Under the pieces are notes generated by a model. The model did no database searches and was not told the DNA's origin. It saw nothing but the letters and a program-made list of their open reading frames with translations. From the NCBI GenBank assembly GCA_001464895.1, contig LNEE01000017.1, positions 138,817 through 202,816 on the forward strand: 64,000 nt of DNA. Reading direction: 5' to 3'. A program made the translations under genes and the position numbers. Below, in pieces: positions 30,674-39,730 of the stretch. Source of the stretch: Betaproteobacteria bacterium Ga0077532. Lineage in GTDB: Bacteria > Pseudomonadota > Gammaproteobacteria > Burkholderiales > Ga0077523. Positions within the stretch are counted from its first letter, which is position 1; every line of letters begins with the position of its first letter.

Positions 30674-31420
30674 TCAGGGCTTCGCAGCGGCAGTGAGGAC
30701 CTCGAGCGCCGCATTGCGGAGGCTGTCGGGATAGCGGCGCGCGAACGCCGCTGCCGCTGTCTGCGCGCGCTTCAGATGATCCGCGGCGCGCGCTCTATCG
30801 GGGAGGATTCCCGCAGCCTGCACGTGCTGGACGGCTGCCACGAAGTCGATCTCCTCCTGCTCGGGATGCGGGGGCTTGCGCGATGCCAGGCGCTCAGCCA
30901 GCCGGATCTGCTCCTCCAGTTCAGCCCAAGGAAGGCGCGAGCGCGACGGATCGGCATCGAAGCTGTCGTAGAAGCGCCCGGTCAGCAGGCGGAATGCAGC
31001 GTCGCCGCCCCGCGCATCCGCGTCGAGCTTCAAGGCCTCGACATAGTGCGACGCGGGCACGACGAATCGCCCGGATCCCGCGCTGGCCGCGAGTTCGAGA
31101 CCCCGTCCCTTCAACTCCTTGATGAGAAGATGCGTCGCAAGGCCCTGCACCCGACCGTGCATCGCGACATCGCGATTCAGGAGTTCGCGGATCTCGTCCA
31201 ACATGCGTCCGAGGTCGTAGTGCGCGTCCGCTCGCACCCGGGACGGCGCCTTGCCCCTCACTGTCGATAGATCGCTATCCGCGCGGGCGAGGTACTTCTC
31301 CACGGCCTCGGCAGTGATGAGATCGTGCGCCCATGCAGCCGGAACCAACGGCGTCGCCGGCAAGGCGCACAGTGCGAGAAAGACACGAACCACCACACGA
31401 CGAAACAGGAACACCCGCAT
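30674..31420 (-). CDS. Exported helical hypothetical protein
   Basis: Signal peptide AWA followed by HDLIT; TPR-like end (FARRYPDS); 1-bp overlap with the upstream gene. Confidence 0.65.
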   Translation of the reverse strand: MRVFLFRRVVVRVFLALCALPATPLVPAAWAHDLITAEAVEKYLARADSDLSTVRGKAPSRVRADAHYDLGRMLDEIRELLNRDVAMHGRVQGLATHLLIKELKGRGLELAASAGSGRFVVPASHYVEALKLDADARGGDAAFRLLTGRFYDSFDADPSRSRLPWAELEEQIRLAERLASRKPPHPEQEEIDFVAAVQHVQAAGILPDRARAADHLKRAQTAAAAFARRYPDSLRNAALEVLTAAAKP

Positions 31421-31989
31421 CAACTCTCGGACGGCAATGGCTCTCCACGGGCGAAGGCCGCGGCACCCTCGTGCGTCGGGATGGTGTTCTGTGCGCGCGC
31501 GGTGACGGCATCCCGCGTCGGCACGACCAGCCCGTCGATGCCGCCCGCCTCGACGATCGACTGCGCGATGAGCCACCCATGGTGAAACGGAAAATCCTCC
31601 CGCGCGACCAGCTGATGGGTCGCGTTCTCCACGATGACGCGAAGAGGCGTGGCGAAGTAGTCCTCGAACGGGGGCGCCGCCATCGAAAGGGCCAGCGCAT
31701 GGGCCCGGGAGACGACGGCGACGTCGGCCTGCGCGGTGGACATCAGGCTCGCGATGCGGGCATCGGTGGGGGCCCGCACGACCTGCGCCCGGCTGGAGGG
31801 AAGGCTCTGCTTCAGCGCAGCGGTGATGCGCTCGCCGAGCTCGTCGGACAGCATGTCCTCCCGGCTGGTGTGCACGAGCAGGAACCGCTTCCGGAAGATC
31901 TTCCACTGGTTGTAGGGCGTGTGGGCGGCGAGCAGGGTGCTCGCCGCCACCGCGCCGAGCGCAGCCAATGCGCGTCGGCGCGGCACCAT
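31420..31989 (-). CDS. Exported hypothetical protein (possible Tat signal; possibly solute-binding-like)
   Basis: PRRRALAA signal, then HTPYNQWKIFRKRFLL; IPTHEGA; 1-bp overlap with the amidase stop. Confidence 0.65.
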   Translation of the reverse strand: MVPRRRALAALGAVAASTLLAAHTPYNQWKIFRKRFLLVHTSREDMLSDELGERITAALKQSLPSSRAQVVRAPTDARIASLMSTAQADVAVVSRAHALALSMAAPPFEDYFATPLRVIVENATHQLVAREDFPFHHGWLIAQSIVEAGGIDGLVVPTRDAVTARAQNTIPTHEGAAAFARGEPLPSES

Positions 31990-33260
31990 CACTTCTTGCC
32001 CTTGAAGATTTCCAGCGGGCAGATGGTCGACACTGCGTAGTTCGGCACGTCGACGACGTTGCCGATGCGCAGATCGCACGCCACGCTCGTGATCACGTAG
32101 GCCTGCTCGGGGGTGTAGCCCTTGCTCTTCACCAACCAGTCGATCATCTCGATCAGCGAGGCGCGGGCCGCGAGCGAGAGGTCCTCGGACAGGTTCGTGA
32201 GCGGCCCCATGATCTTGCCGTCGATGTAGCTCGAGTACGGCGGGATCGAACCGGCGGGCTTCAGCGGGTAGCCCACGGTCGCATAGAACGCGTCGGGCTC
32301 GAGCTTCTTCAACTGGGAACCACCCTCGAAGTGCGGGCCGCTCTTGATCATCGAGGCCATGCCCTTGCGGATCTCGGTGCGGACGGTGACCTTCGCGCCC
32401 ATCTCGATCGCGGTGCCCGCCACTTCACCGTCTCCCTGCGCGTAGTGCACGTCGCCGATGAAGAGACCACAGCCGTCGATGAAGCACGGCAGCAGCAGCG
32501 TGGTGCCGACCTGCATCTGCTTGATGTCCATGTTCCCGCCGTTCTCGCGCGGGGGGATGGTGCGCACGCACTTGTCCTTGTGCGATCCGGTCGGGCCGCA
32601 GACCGCCTTGGGCATGGCGCCCGTGGGCTGCGGCGGAAGGGCGATGCCGCCAGCCGTGTTGAGTGCACCTTCGCGCTCGAGGATCGTCTCGATCTCGGGA
32701 TAGCCGGGCAACACGCCGACCGTTCCCATGAAACCGTTGAACGGGATCGCAACGCCCGGGATCTCGGTGGCCACGGCCTCGAGACGGTTCAGCCGCCAGT
32801 TGGCGATGAAAGGCTTGTCGAAGATGTCACGGAGGAAACCGAAGCCGGGGACGACGGTGGTGTAGCCGTACTCGTCGGGCTCGATGTCCACGAGCGTGAC
32901 GGCCAGCACATCGCCCCGCTTCGCGCCTTCGATGTACACGGGGCCGGTGATCGGGTGCACGAGATTCAGGTCGATGCCGCCGATGTCCTTCGGCTCGGAG
33001 TTCACCGTGAGATCTGCGTCGAGCGCGTCGCGCGTCTCGTAGATGATGAGCTGACCCGGCTTGGCCCTGCCCACCGGCGGGATCGCAGGATGGTAGCGAT
33101 TCATGCAGTTCGGGTCGTCGTTGCAGTGCGCGCCCTTCTTGGTGATCCGCACGATCGACTGGGTCTTGACGTCGGTGGTGTCGGCGAGGGCGGGCAGTGC
33201 AACTGACGCCGCGGCGATGGCGGCGGCAACGGTGGCGAGGCGCAGTTTCACGATCATCAT
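31989..33260 (-). CDS. Acetamidase/formamidase (FmdA/AmdA) family protein with N-terminal signal peptide
   Basis: NRYHPAIPP; HPITGPVYIEGA; PPRENGGNMD; GDVHYAQGDGEV.GTAIE; VVDVPN. Confidence 0.9.
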   Translation of the reverse strand: MMIVKLRLATVAAAIAAASVALPALADTTDVKTQSIVRITKKGAHCNDDPNCMNRYHPAIPPVGRAKPGQLIIYETRDALDADLTVNSEPKDIGGIDLNLVHPITGPVYIEGAKRGDVLAVTLVDIEPDEYGYTTVVPGFGFLRDIFDKPFIANWRLNRLEAVATEIPGVAIPFNGFMGTVGVLPGYPEIETILEREGALNTAGGIALPPQPTGAMPKAVCGPTGSHKDKCVRTIPPRENGGNMDIKQMQVGTTLLLPCFIDGCGLFIGDVHYAQGDGEVAGTAIEMGAKVTVRTEIRKGMASMIKSGPHFEGGSQLKKLEPDAFYATVGYPLKPAGSIPPYSSYIDGKIMGPLTNLSEDLSLAARASLIEMIDWLVKSKGYTPEQAYVITSVACDLRIGNVVDVPNYAVSTICPLEIFKGKK

Positions 33261-33411
33261 CTCCCAGGGATTAAGACGACTATGCGTTCACTTCATACGC
33301 TTTTGGGCTTCTTAGTTCTTAGATCAGATGCCTGGCGGACACGGCATTCGATGAAAGTGCGGGAATGTTCTTGAACGCCCCCTATCATGTCAATGCACGC
33401 ACCACGATGGA

Positions 33412-34527
33412 TCAGCCGAGAACGCGTTGCACCGTCCAGATGAGGCCACAGATCATCAAAGCCGCCGACACACCTTTGACGAGACGAGGATCACGCCCAC
33501 CGCCGTGATGTGCATCGGCCGCCATCAGCAATGCGAGTCCCGCAAGGACGACGCCGATCTGCCCCACCTCCACACCGACGTTGAAGGCTGCGAGTGCCAG
33601 GACGACGGCATCCGGCGGAAGACCGAATTCGCGAAGCGCGCCCGCGAAGCCGAATCCGTGGATCAATCCGAACAGGAAGGTGAGCCGCCAACGCCGGTCG
33701 ATGTCCCGCACGAAGAAATTCTCCGCGGCGACATAGACGATGGACAGCGCAATCAGCACCTCCACGGGTCCGGCAGGCACACGCACGACATCGAGCACGG
33801 CGAGGGCCAGAGTGATCGAGTGCGCCAGCGTGAACGTCGTGATGACCCGCATCAGCGGCCATGGCCGCCGCCCCCACAGAATCACGGCCAAGACGAAGGC
33901 CATGTGATCCCAGCCGAACGCGATGTGCTCGACACCGGTGACGAAGTAGTGCCACCCGACGTCCACGACGTTGCCCGCGACGGTCGCGAGCACCACCCGT
34001 GGCGTCCCCGCCGACAGCAGCGCGAACCGCTTCGCGTCTCCGGAGAGCGCGAAGATGTGCTTCGCGGCAGGGTCGATATCGTGGAACAGCGACACTGCGT
34101 AGACGAGCACCCCGCCACCTGGCGGGCAAGTCCAGCGCATCGCAAGCACCACATGCCCCGCCTTCGCGTCCACCGCCCCCGGCGAGGAGTGGCACGACGC
34201 CCCGCCTTCGAACGACAGCGAGGTCCTGGCAACCGCCAGGGCTGCGATGGCTTCGGTGTTCGAGCGCAAGGCGTCCATGGAGACGCCTCCGGCGCTGTCT
34301 GCCAACTGCGTTCGCATCGCCGCGTCGAGATCGCGTGCGTCCATTTCGATCACGGCTTCCACGACCCGGCCCTGCAGCACCAGGCGGGCGCTGGAGATCT
34401 GCGTGGCGTGGGGCCAGGCGCAGTTGGCGAAGAGGATCGCGAAAACCAGCAGGACTCCGCGCAGGCGGGCACGCAGCTTCTGGGACACGGCAGGTCCGTT
34501 GGGGGCGACGGACCGGATCATACCCAT
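33412..34527 (-). CDS. HupE/UreJ-like membrane protein with N-terminal periplasmic domain
   Basis: GVEHIAFGWDHMAF; FTLAHSITL; FGLIHGFGFA; FNVGVEVGQ. Confidence 0.88.
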   Translation of the reverse strand: MGMIRSVAPNGPAVSQKLRARLRGVLLVFAILFANCAWPHATQISSARLVLQGRVVEAVIEMDARDLDAAMRTQLADSAGGVSMDALRSNTEAIAALAVARTSLSFEGGASCHSSPGAVDAKAGHVVLAMRWTCPPGGGVLVYAVSLFHDIDPAAKHIFALSGDAKRFALLSAGTPRVVLATVAGNVVDVGWHYFVTGVEHIAFGWDHMAFVLAVILWGRRPWPLMRVITTFTLAHSITLALAVLDVVRVPAGPVEVLIALSIVYVAAENFFVRDIDRRWRLTFLFGLIHGFGFAGALREFGLPPDAVVLALAAFNVGVEVGQIGVVLAGLALLMAADAHHGGGRDPRLVKGVSAALMICGLIWTVQRVLG

Positions 34528-34616
34528 CGCGCCCGTCGACCGAGGCGCTTGACGGTGGCCGATCGGATGCCCAGATTGACCCCGTCGGGAACACCATCGA
34601 GATCAAGGAGAGCGGC

Positions 34617-36101
34617 ATGTTCGAATCGGCGGAGATCGGTCATCAGGCCTCGAAGAAGACCTATCGCGAACAGGAACCGGTGCTCCGCCAGGCCCTGCTA
34701 GAGGCGCAGTACCGATTGCTGGAGCAGGCACGCTTTCCGGTTGTCATCCTCGTGAACGGCGTGGACGGCGCTGGCAAGGGCGAGACCGTGAACCTCCTGA
34801 ACGAGTGGATGGACCCGCGGCACATCCGGACCGAAGGATTCGGTCCGGCCTCGCCCGAGGAACTCGAAAGGCCGACGCTGTGGCGCTTCTGGCGAGCGCT
34901 TCCACCGAAGGGCCGGATCGGCATCCTCTTCGGCTCCTGGTATACCGAGCCGATCCTGAAGCGCGTGCTCGGCCATGCGAAGCGCGCCGCGTTCCAGCAC
35001 GAACTGGAACGCATCCGGCACTTCGAGAGAATGCTTGTCGCGGAGGGGGCGCTGGTCATAAAGCTGTGGTTCCACCTCTCGCATCCGGCGCAGAAGAAGC
35101 GCCTCGAAGGTTTGGAGAAGGACCCCCGCACGCGATGGCGCGTCACTCCCGAGGACTGGAAGCGGTACAGGCACTACGACGAGTTCGTCAGCGTCTGCGA
35201 GGGGGCTCTTCGGGAGACGAGCACGGGCGAGGCGCCCTGGCACGTGGTCGATGGCAGCGAACCCCGATACCGCTCGCTTTTCGTGGGGCGGCTGATCCTC
35301 GATGCCCTCACCCGACGCCTGGACGGTCCGCCGCCCGTCGTCTCCCCGGCGCCACCGCCACCCACGCCGCCGATCGACGGCCGCGACGTCCTGAACACGC
35401 TCGACTACGGACAGCGGTTGTCCCGCGAGCGATACGGAAAGCGGCTCGAGCGTGAGCAGGCGCGCCTCAATCAACTCACTCGTGATCCCCGGATGCGCAA
35501 CCGCTCACTTGCGATCGTGTTCGAAGGCATGGATGCCGCGGGCAAGGGCAGCACCATCCGCAGGATCACCCAGGCACTCGACGCCCGCTTCTATCGGGTG
35601 ATCCCGGTCGCAGCCCCCACAGACGAGGAACGGGCGCAGCCTTACCTTTGGCGCTTCTGGCGCCATCTGCCTCGCCGCGGGCATGCAGCGATCTTCGATA
35701 GGTCGTGGTACGGCCGGGTACTCGTCGAACGCGTGGAAGGCTTCTGCACCGAGGCCGACTGGATGCGCGGCTACCCGGAGATCAACGACTTCGAGGAGCA
35801 GCTCGCCGAGGCAGGCGTGATCGTCGCCAAGTTCTGGCTGGCAATCACCCCGGAGGAGCAGCTCCGGCGCTTCCGCGAACGGGAAGAGACGCCGCACAAG
35901 CAGTTCAAGATCACGCCGGACGACTGGCGCAACCGGGAGAAGTGGCCCGCCTACGAGCGGGCCGTGTCGGACATGGTGGCGCGGACGTCGACCGACATCG
36001 CGCGGTGGGAGGTGATCGCGGCCGAGGACAAGCTCCACGGCCGCATCGACGTGCTCGAACGCCTCAACCGGCTCGTCGGGCGCGCGCTCGACGCAGACTG
36101 A
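34617..36101 (+). CDS. pap: Polyphosphate:AMP phosphotransferase (two-domain PPK2)
   Basis: MFESAE; GVDGAGKG and EGMDAAGKG; FDRSWYGRVLVERVEG. Confidence 0.94.
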   Translation: MFESAEIGHQASKKTYREQEPVLRQALLEAQYRLLEQARFPVVILVNGVDGAGKGETVNLLNEWMDPRHIRTEGFGPASPEELERPTLWRFWRALPPKGRIGILFGSWYTEPILKRVLGHAKRAAFQHELERIRHFERMLVAEGALVIKLWFHLSHPAQKKRLEGLEKDPRTRWRVTPEDWKRYRHYDEFVSVCEGALRETSTGEAPWHVVDGSEPRYRSLFVGRLILDALTRRLDGPPPVVSPAPPPPTPPIDGRDVLNTLDYGQRLSRERYGKRLEREQARLNQLTRDPRMRNRSLAIVFEGMDAAGKGSTIRRITQALDARFYRVIPVAAPTDEERAQPYLWRFWRHLPRRGHAAIFDRSWYGRVLVERVEGFCTEADWMRGYPEINDFEEQLAEAGVIVAKFWLAITPEEQLRRFREREETPHKQFKITPDDWRNREKWPAYERAVSDMVARTSTDIARWEVIAAEDKLHGRIDVLERLNRLVGRALDAD

Positions 36102-36906
36102 ACACGGCGGCCGCGGCCGCGAGTGCCAGGGGCGCTGCCGGTTCCGGGATCTGCCCGGCCGGGAGCGGATCGACGGTGATGATGTCGTTGGCGCAGTACA
36201 TCGTCCACTGCACATCGAAGGGCACCAGCGGACCGCCCGCACCCCAGTTCGCGCCGAACGCCGACAGCGGCAGCGCGGCTTCGATCACGTAGTGCAGGTC
36301 CGAGGCGTATTGCCCGACGTTGTTGATGCCCACGGACGAGTAGACGAGCTGGCCGGTGCCCACTGCAGTGCCGGACCTCAGCGCCACCACGTCCGTCGCA
36401 GGACGGGACGGTGTCGCCAGTTGGCCCGGGGCGCTCCAGATACCGTAGTTCCAGGCGGTGGCGGCATAGACGGTTCCTGGAGTTAGTCCGGCGTAGTTCT
36501 TCACCGCCATCCCGTACTCCCACGTCTGGTCGCGACCGAAGTCGATGGCGATGTCGCCGGCGCCGTAGGAGTTTGCGGCAGGGTTGTGGGGGTTGTCCGG
36601 CGGCAGGCCGGTGACGATCAGGACGTACAGCCAATTGGCGTCCCAGTCGAGGTAGATGGCCTCCGCGTCGTACCGCTGGCCGCCGTAGCCGGGTGAGAGG
36701 AACACGTTCGAAGGTCCCGTCTGATCCTCGACGATGAACTCCTTCACGGAGGCCGAGGGTGTCCAGTCCGACGCCTGACCGGTCCGCTGGAGGCCCCAGT
36801 CGGCGAAGTTCCCGTCGATCGTGTAGGCGAATGCCTGGAGAGAAGCCGCGGAGAGGGCGAGCCCCGCAGCGAAGCGAAGGGAAGACTTGGAGAGATTGAA
36901 GGCCAT
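36064..36906 (-). CDS. PEP-CTERM-type exported protein
   Basis: Signal peptide (AFA-Y); C-terminal IPEP plus hydrophobic stretch plus RRARARR. Confidence 0.8.
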   Translation of the reverse strand: MAFNLSKSSLRFAAGLALSAASLQAFAYTIDGNFADWGLQRTGQASDWTPSASVKEFIVEDQTGPSNVFLSPGYGGQRYDAEAIYLDWDANWLYVLIVTGLPPDNPHNPAANSYGAGDIAIDFGRDQTWEYGMAVKNYAGLTPGTVYAATAWNYGIWSAPGQLATPSRPATDVVALRSGTAVGTGQLVYSSVGINNVGQYASDLHYVIEAALPLSAFGANWGAGGPLVPFDVQWTMYCANDIITVDPLPAGQIPEPAAPLALAAAAAVFSLRRARARRAG

Positions 36907-36940
36907 GCTGAATTTCCGAGGTGGCAATGCCATCCCCTTC

Positions 36941-36955
36941 GCAGCATGCGTGCCA
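36941..36955 (-). promoter_or_regulatory. Sigma54 (-24/-12) promoter of the PEP-CTERM gene
   Basis: Minus strand reads TGGCACGCATGCTGC versus consensus TGGCACG-N4-TTGC. Confidence 0.75.
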
Positions 36956-37199
36956 CAAAACCTAACTCTTTGTTAGATTTGGAGCGCCCCAGTCGAGCCC
37001 GACACCAACGTCAGAAGACTCGACAGCAATCACCCGTTTTCTACCAATCTGTAAGGTTTTGAAAGGCCAGGTCGCGCTCTGCCTACCCCCCTTCCCAGGG
37101 TCGGGCCAACTTGGACAAAGCCGGGCAACCCGCTTGTTCGGCTGCGGCCCGGTCGGGGCGCCGCGCGTGCGAGCGCCCGCCCATCCCGCGCCCGGTCGA

Positions 37200-37496
37200 C
37201 TACTTCGTCTGCGCGTCGGCCTTCACGGCTTCCTGCTTCGGGCAGAGAAGCTCCATCGCCTCGTTGTGACACCAGTGGGCGTTCATCCCGAAGTTTTCCT
37301 TCAGGCACTGGTAGATGTGATCGCCGATCTCCTGCGTCCAGACGCAGTTCGCGTTCTTGACGTGCATCCGCTCGAGCGTGTTGGTCGCGGGCGGAACGCC
37401 GGCGGCAGGGGACTCCGCAGCGACGGCGGACAAGGAGACGGCGGAGACGGCGCTGGCCAGAACAGCCGACGCCACGATGCTGAGGATGTGCTTCAT
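37200..37496 (-). CDS. Small exported Cys/His-containing hypothetical protein
   Basis: AAGGAA RBS; signal peptide; 4 Cys; NAHWCH. Confidence 0.7.
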   Translation of the reverse strand: MKHILSIVASAVLASAVSAVSLSAVAAESPAAGVPPATNTLERMHVKNANCVWTQEIGDHIYQCLKENFGMNAHWCHNEAMELLCPKQEAVKADAQTK

Positions 37497-37636
37497 GGAA
37501 TTCCTTGAAAGGAGAGTCTGTGACGCCTCGATTTCAGGCGGTCTGCGCTCGACCCGATGTCGCGCGCAAGCGGGCGCTTCGAGTATAGATCGGGGCCCGT
37601 TGGTTCCCGCAAGAGCGGCGCCACGCTGGCGCGGAT

Positions 37637-38278
37637 CTACTCGGCGTCGGGCTGGTTCGCGGGCAGGGCCGCCTCGAAGGCCGACAGCGCGGCGCAGGCC
37701 GCATCGATCCGGCGGAGCGTGGGATACGGGCCGAGATCGACGGAAAAGCGTCGCGCATTGGCCAGTTGCGGCACGAGGCAGATATCGGCCAGCCCCGGAA
37801 GGTCGCCGTGACAGAAGCGTCCGGTCTCCGGCTCAGTGGCCAGACGCCGCTCCAGCGCCTCGAGGCCGGTGACCACCCAGTGGGTGTACCAGGCGAGCTT
37901 CTGCGCTTCGGTCACCTGAAGCACGTCGGTCAGGTACTTGAGCACCCGGAGGTTGTTCACGGGATGGATCTCGCACGCGACCAGCAGTGCGAGGGACCGT
38001 ACCCGATGGCGCGCCTCGGGGGTCGCAGGCAGCAGCGCCGGCTCGGGCCGCGTCTCCTCGAGATACTCGATGATGGCGAGGGACTGCGTGAGCAGCCGAC
38101 CATCGTCCTCTTCCAGCACGGGGACGAGCGACTGCGGGTTCATCGCCGTGAACGGGGCATCGAACTGCCGCCCCTTGGCGATGTGCACCGACAGGTACTC
38201 GTACGGCAGGCCCTTCAGACCCAGCGCGACACGCACCCGATAGGCTGCGGAACTGCGGAAGTATCCGTGGAGCTTCAT
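37637..38278 (-). CDS. maiA: Maleylpyruvate/maleylacetoacetate isomerase (GST zeta)
   Basis: YFRSSAAYRVR; NPQSLVP; QSLAIIEYL; EIHPVNNLRVL; QPDAE. Confidence 0.93.
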   Translation of the reverse strand: MKLHGYFRSSAAYRVRVALGLKGLPYEYLSVHIAKGRQFDAPFTAMNPQSLVPVLEEDDGRLLTQSLAIIEYLEETRPEPALLPATPEARHRVRSLALLVACEIHPVNNLRVLKYLTDVLQVTEAQKLAWYTHWVVTGLEALERRLATEPETGRFCHGDLPGLADICLVPQLANARRFSVDLGPYPTLRRIDAACAALSAFEAALPANQPDAE

Positions 38279-38291
38279 CCGTTGCCTCCCC

Positions 38292-39719
38292 TCAGACAGC
38301 CACGACGTCCGGACTGCCGGACGACAGATCAGCCAGCCACTGGCGTCGGCGGGACAGCATTCCCGCGGCGGCGCACATCTCCTCGGCGTCGCCGAAGGCC
38401 GGCACCCCCGCGGATTCGAGCTTGGCGAACCACTCGGCACGCCCTTCCAGCGTACCCATCATCGTATGCAGCACGGGCACCTCCGCAGACGCCCCAGCCG
38501 CGGCAAGCGCCGTCACGACGGGAGCCGCATCGACCATGAACGGCACGACGTGGATCATCAGCACGGCATCGACACGGCCCCGCAGGCCGTCGAGCATCGC
38601 GGCGAGCACGGGGCCAAACCGGTCCTCACGGGCGTCCGCCAGCAGATCCATCGGATTCGCCACCGCCGCCTCGGGCGGGAGCATGCCGCGCAGGGTCGCG
38701 GCGAGGTCCGACGGCAGATCGATCATCTCCAGGCCGGCCTGCATCACGGCATCGGCGGCAAGTACGCCGGGGCCGCCGGAATTCGAGAGCACGAGAACCC
38801 GTCGGCCGATCCCCCTCGGATGGGTCCCGAAGACCTTGCCCGCCAGACGAAGCTCACGAAGCGTCGCCACGCGGTGCACGCCTGCATCCGCGCAGAAGGC
38901 ATCGGTTGCGTCGGCCGTCATCGCGAGGGATCCCGTGTGGCGGAAGGCAGCATCGCGTCCGGCGAGCGTCCGGCCACCCACCAGGGCAATGATCGGCTTG
39001 CGGCGCGAGACCCGGGCAGCGACCTCCCGGAAACGGTCCGCTTCTCCGAACGATTCCACGTAGAGCAGGATCGCCCCGCACTTCGGGTCCGCGCCGAGGT
39101 ACTCGACGTAGTCGGCGAGGTCGAGATGCATCGCATTGCCCACCGACACGATCGCACCGAGCGGGATCCCATCGCGATGACTCGCGGCGATCATCTCCTC
39201 GGCGATGGCGCCCGACTGGGAGATGAGCGCCACGGGACCGCCGGCCGGCACATCCCGGAAGAACGTCGCGGCGAATCGGGCATTGGCATCGAGCACGTTC
39301 ACGAGCCCACCGCAGTTCGGCCCGCCGATGAGGAGGTCCTGGTCCGCTGCCAGCGTCCGAAGTTCGGCGTCGCGCGCACGGCCCACTTCACCCGCCTCGG
39401 AGAACCCACCCGGCAGGATCAGCAGATTGCGATGGCCGGTGGCGGCGGCCTCCCGGGCGACGTCGAGGATCGCCTCGGGCCGTACCAGCACCGCCACGAG
39501 ATCCGCGGGCGGGGAGATCTCGCGCAACGATGTCACCGCGGGCAGGCCCTGGATGACGCCACCCTTCGGATTCACGGGAATGACGCGCCCACCCCAGCCG
39601 CAAAGGCGCAGGTTGCGCAGTACGGCACCGCCGGAACTGGTGGGACGCTCGCCCGCGCCCACCACGGCAATGCTGGAGGGCCGGAAGAAGGCATCCATGC
39701 GGTGGAGATCGATGGCCAT
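38292..39719 (-). CDS. ADP-forming acyl-CoA synthetase (acetate-CoA ligase) alpha-type protein lacking an ATP-grasp domain
   Basis: PSSIAVVGA; PVNPK; GPNCGG; SQSGA; phospho-His motif HTGS; SNSGGPG; NPMDL; ends at about 475 aa. Confidence 0.85.
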   Translation of the reverse strand: MAIDLHRMDAFFRPSSIAVVGAGERPTSSGGAVLRNLRLCGWGGRVIPVNPKGGVIQGLPAVTSLREISPPADLVAVLVRPEAILDVAREAAATGHRNLLILPGGFSEAGEVGRARDAELRTLAADQDLLIGGPNCGGLVNVLDANARFAATFFRDVPAGGPVALISQSGAIAEEMIAASHRDGIPLGAIVSVGNAMHLDLADYVEYLGADPKCGAILLYVESFGEADRFREVAARVSRRKPIIALVGGRTLAGRDAAFRHTGSLAMTADATDAFCADAGVHRVATLRELRLAGKVFGTHPRGIGRRVLVLSNSGGPGVLAADAVMQAGLEMIDLPSDLAATLRGMLPPEAAVANPMDLLADAREDRFGPVLAAMLDGLRGRVDAVLMIHVVPFMVDAAPVVTALAAAGASAEVPVLHTMMGTLEGRAEWFAKLESAGVPAFGDAEEMCAAAGMLSRRRQWLADLSSGSPDVVAV

Positions 39720-39730
39720 GCCTGTGGCGC

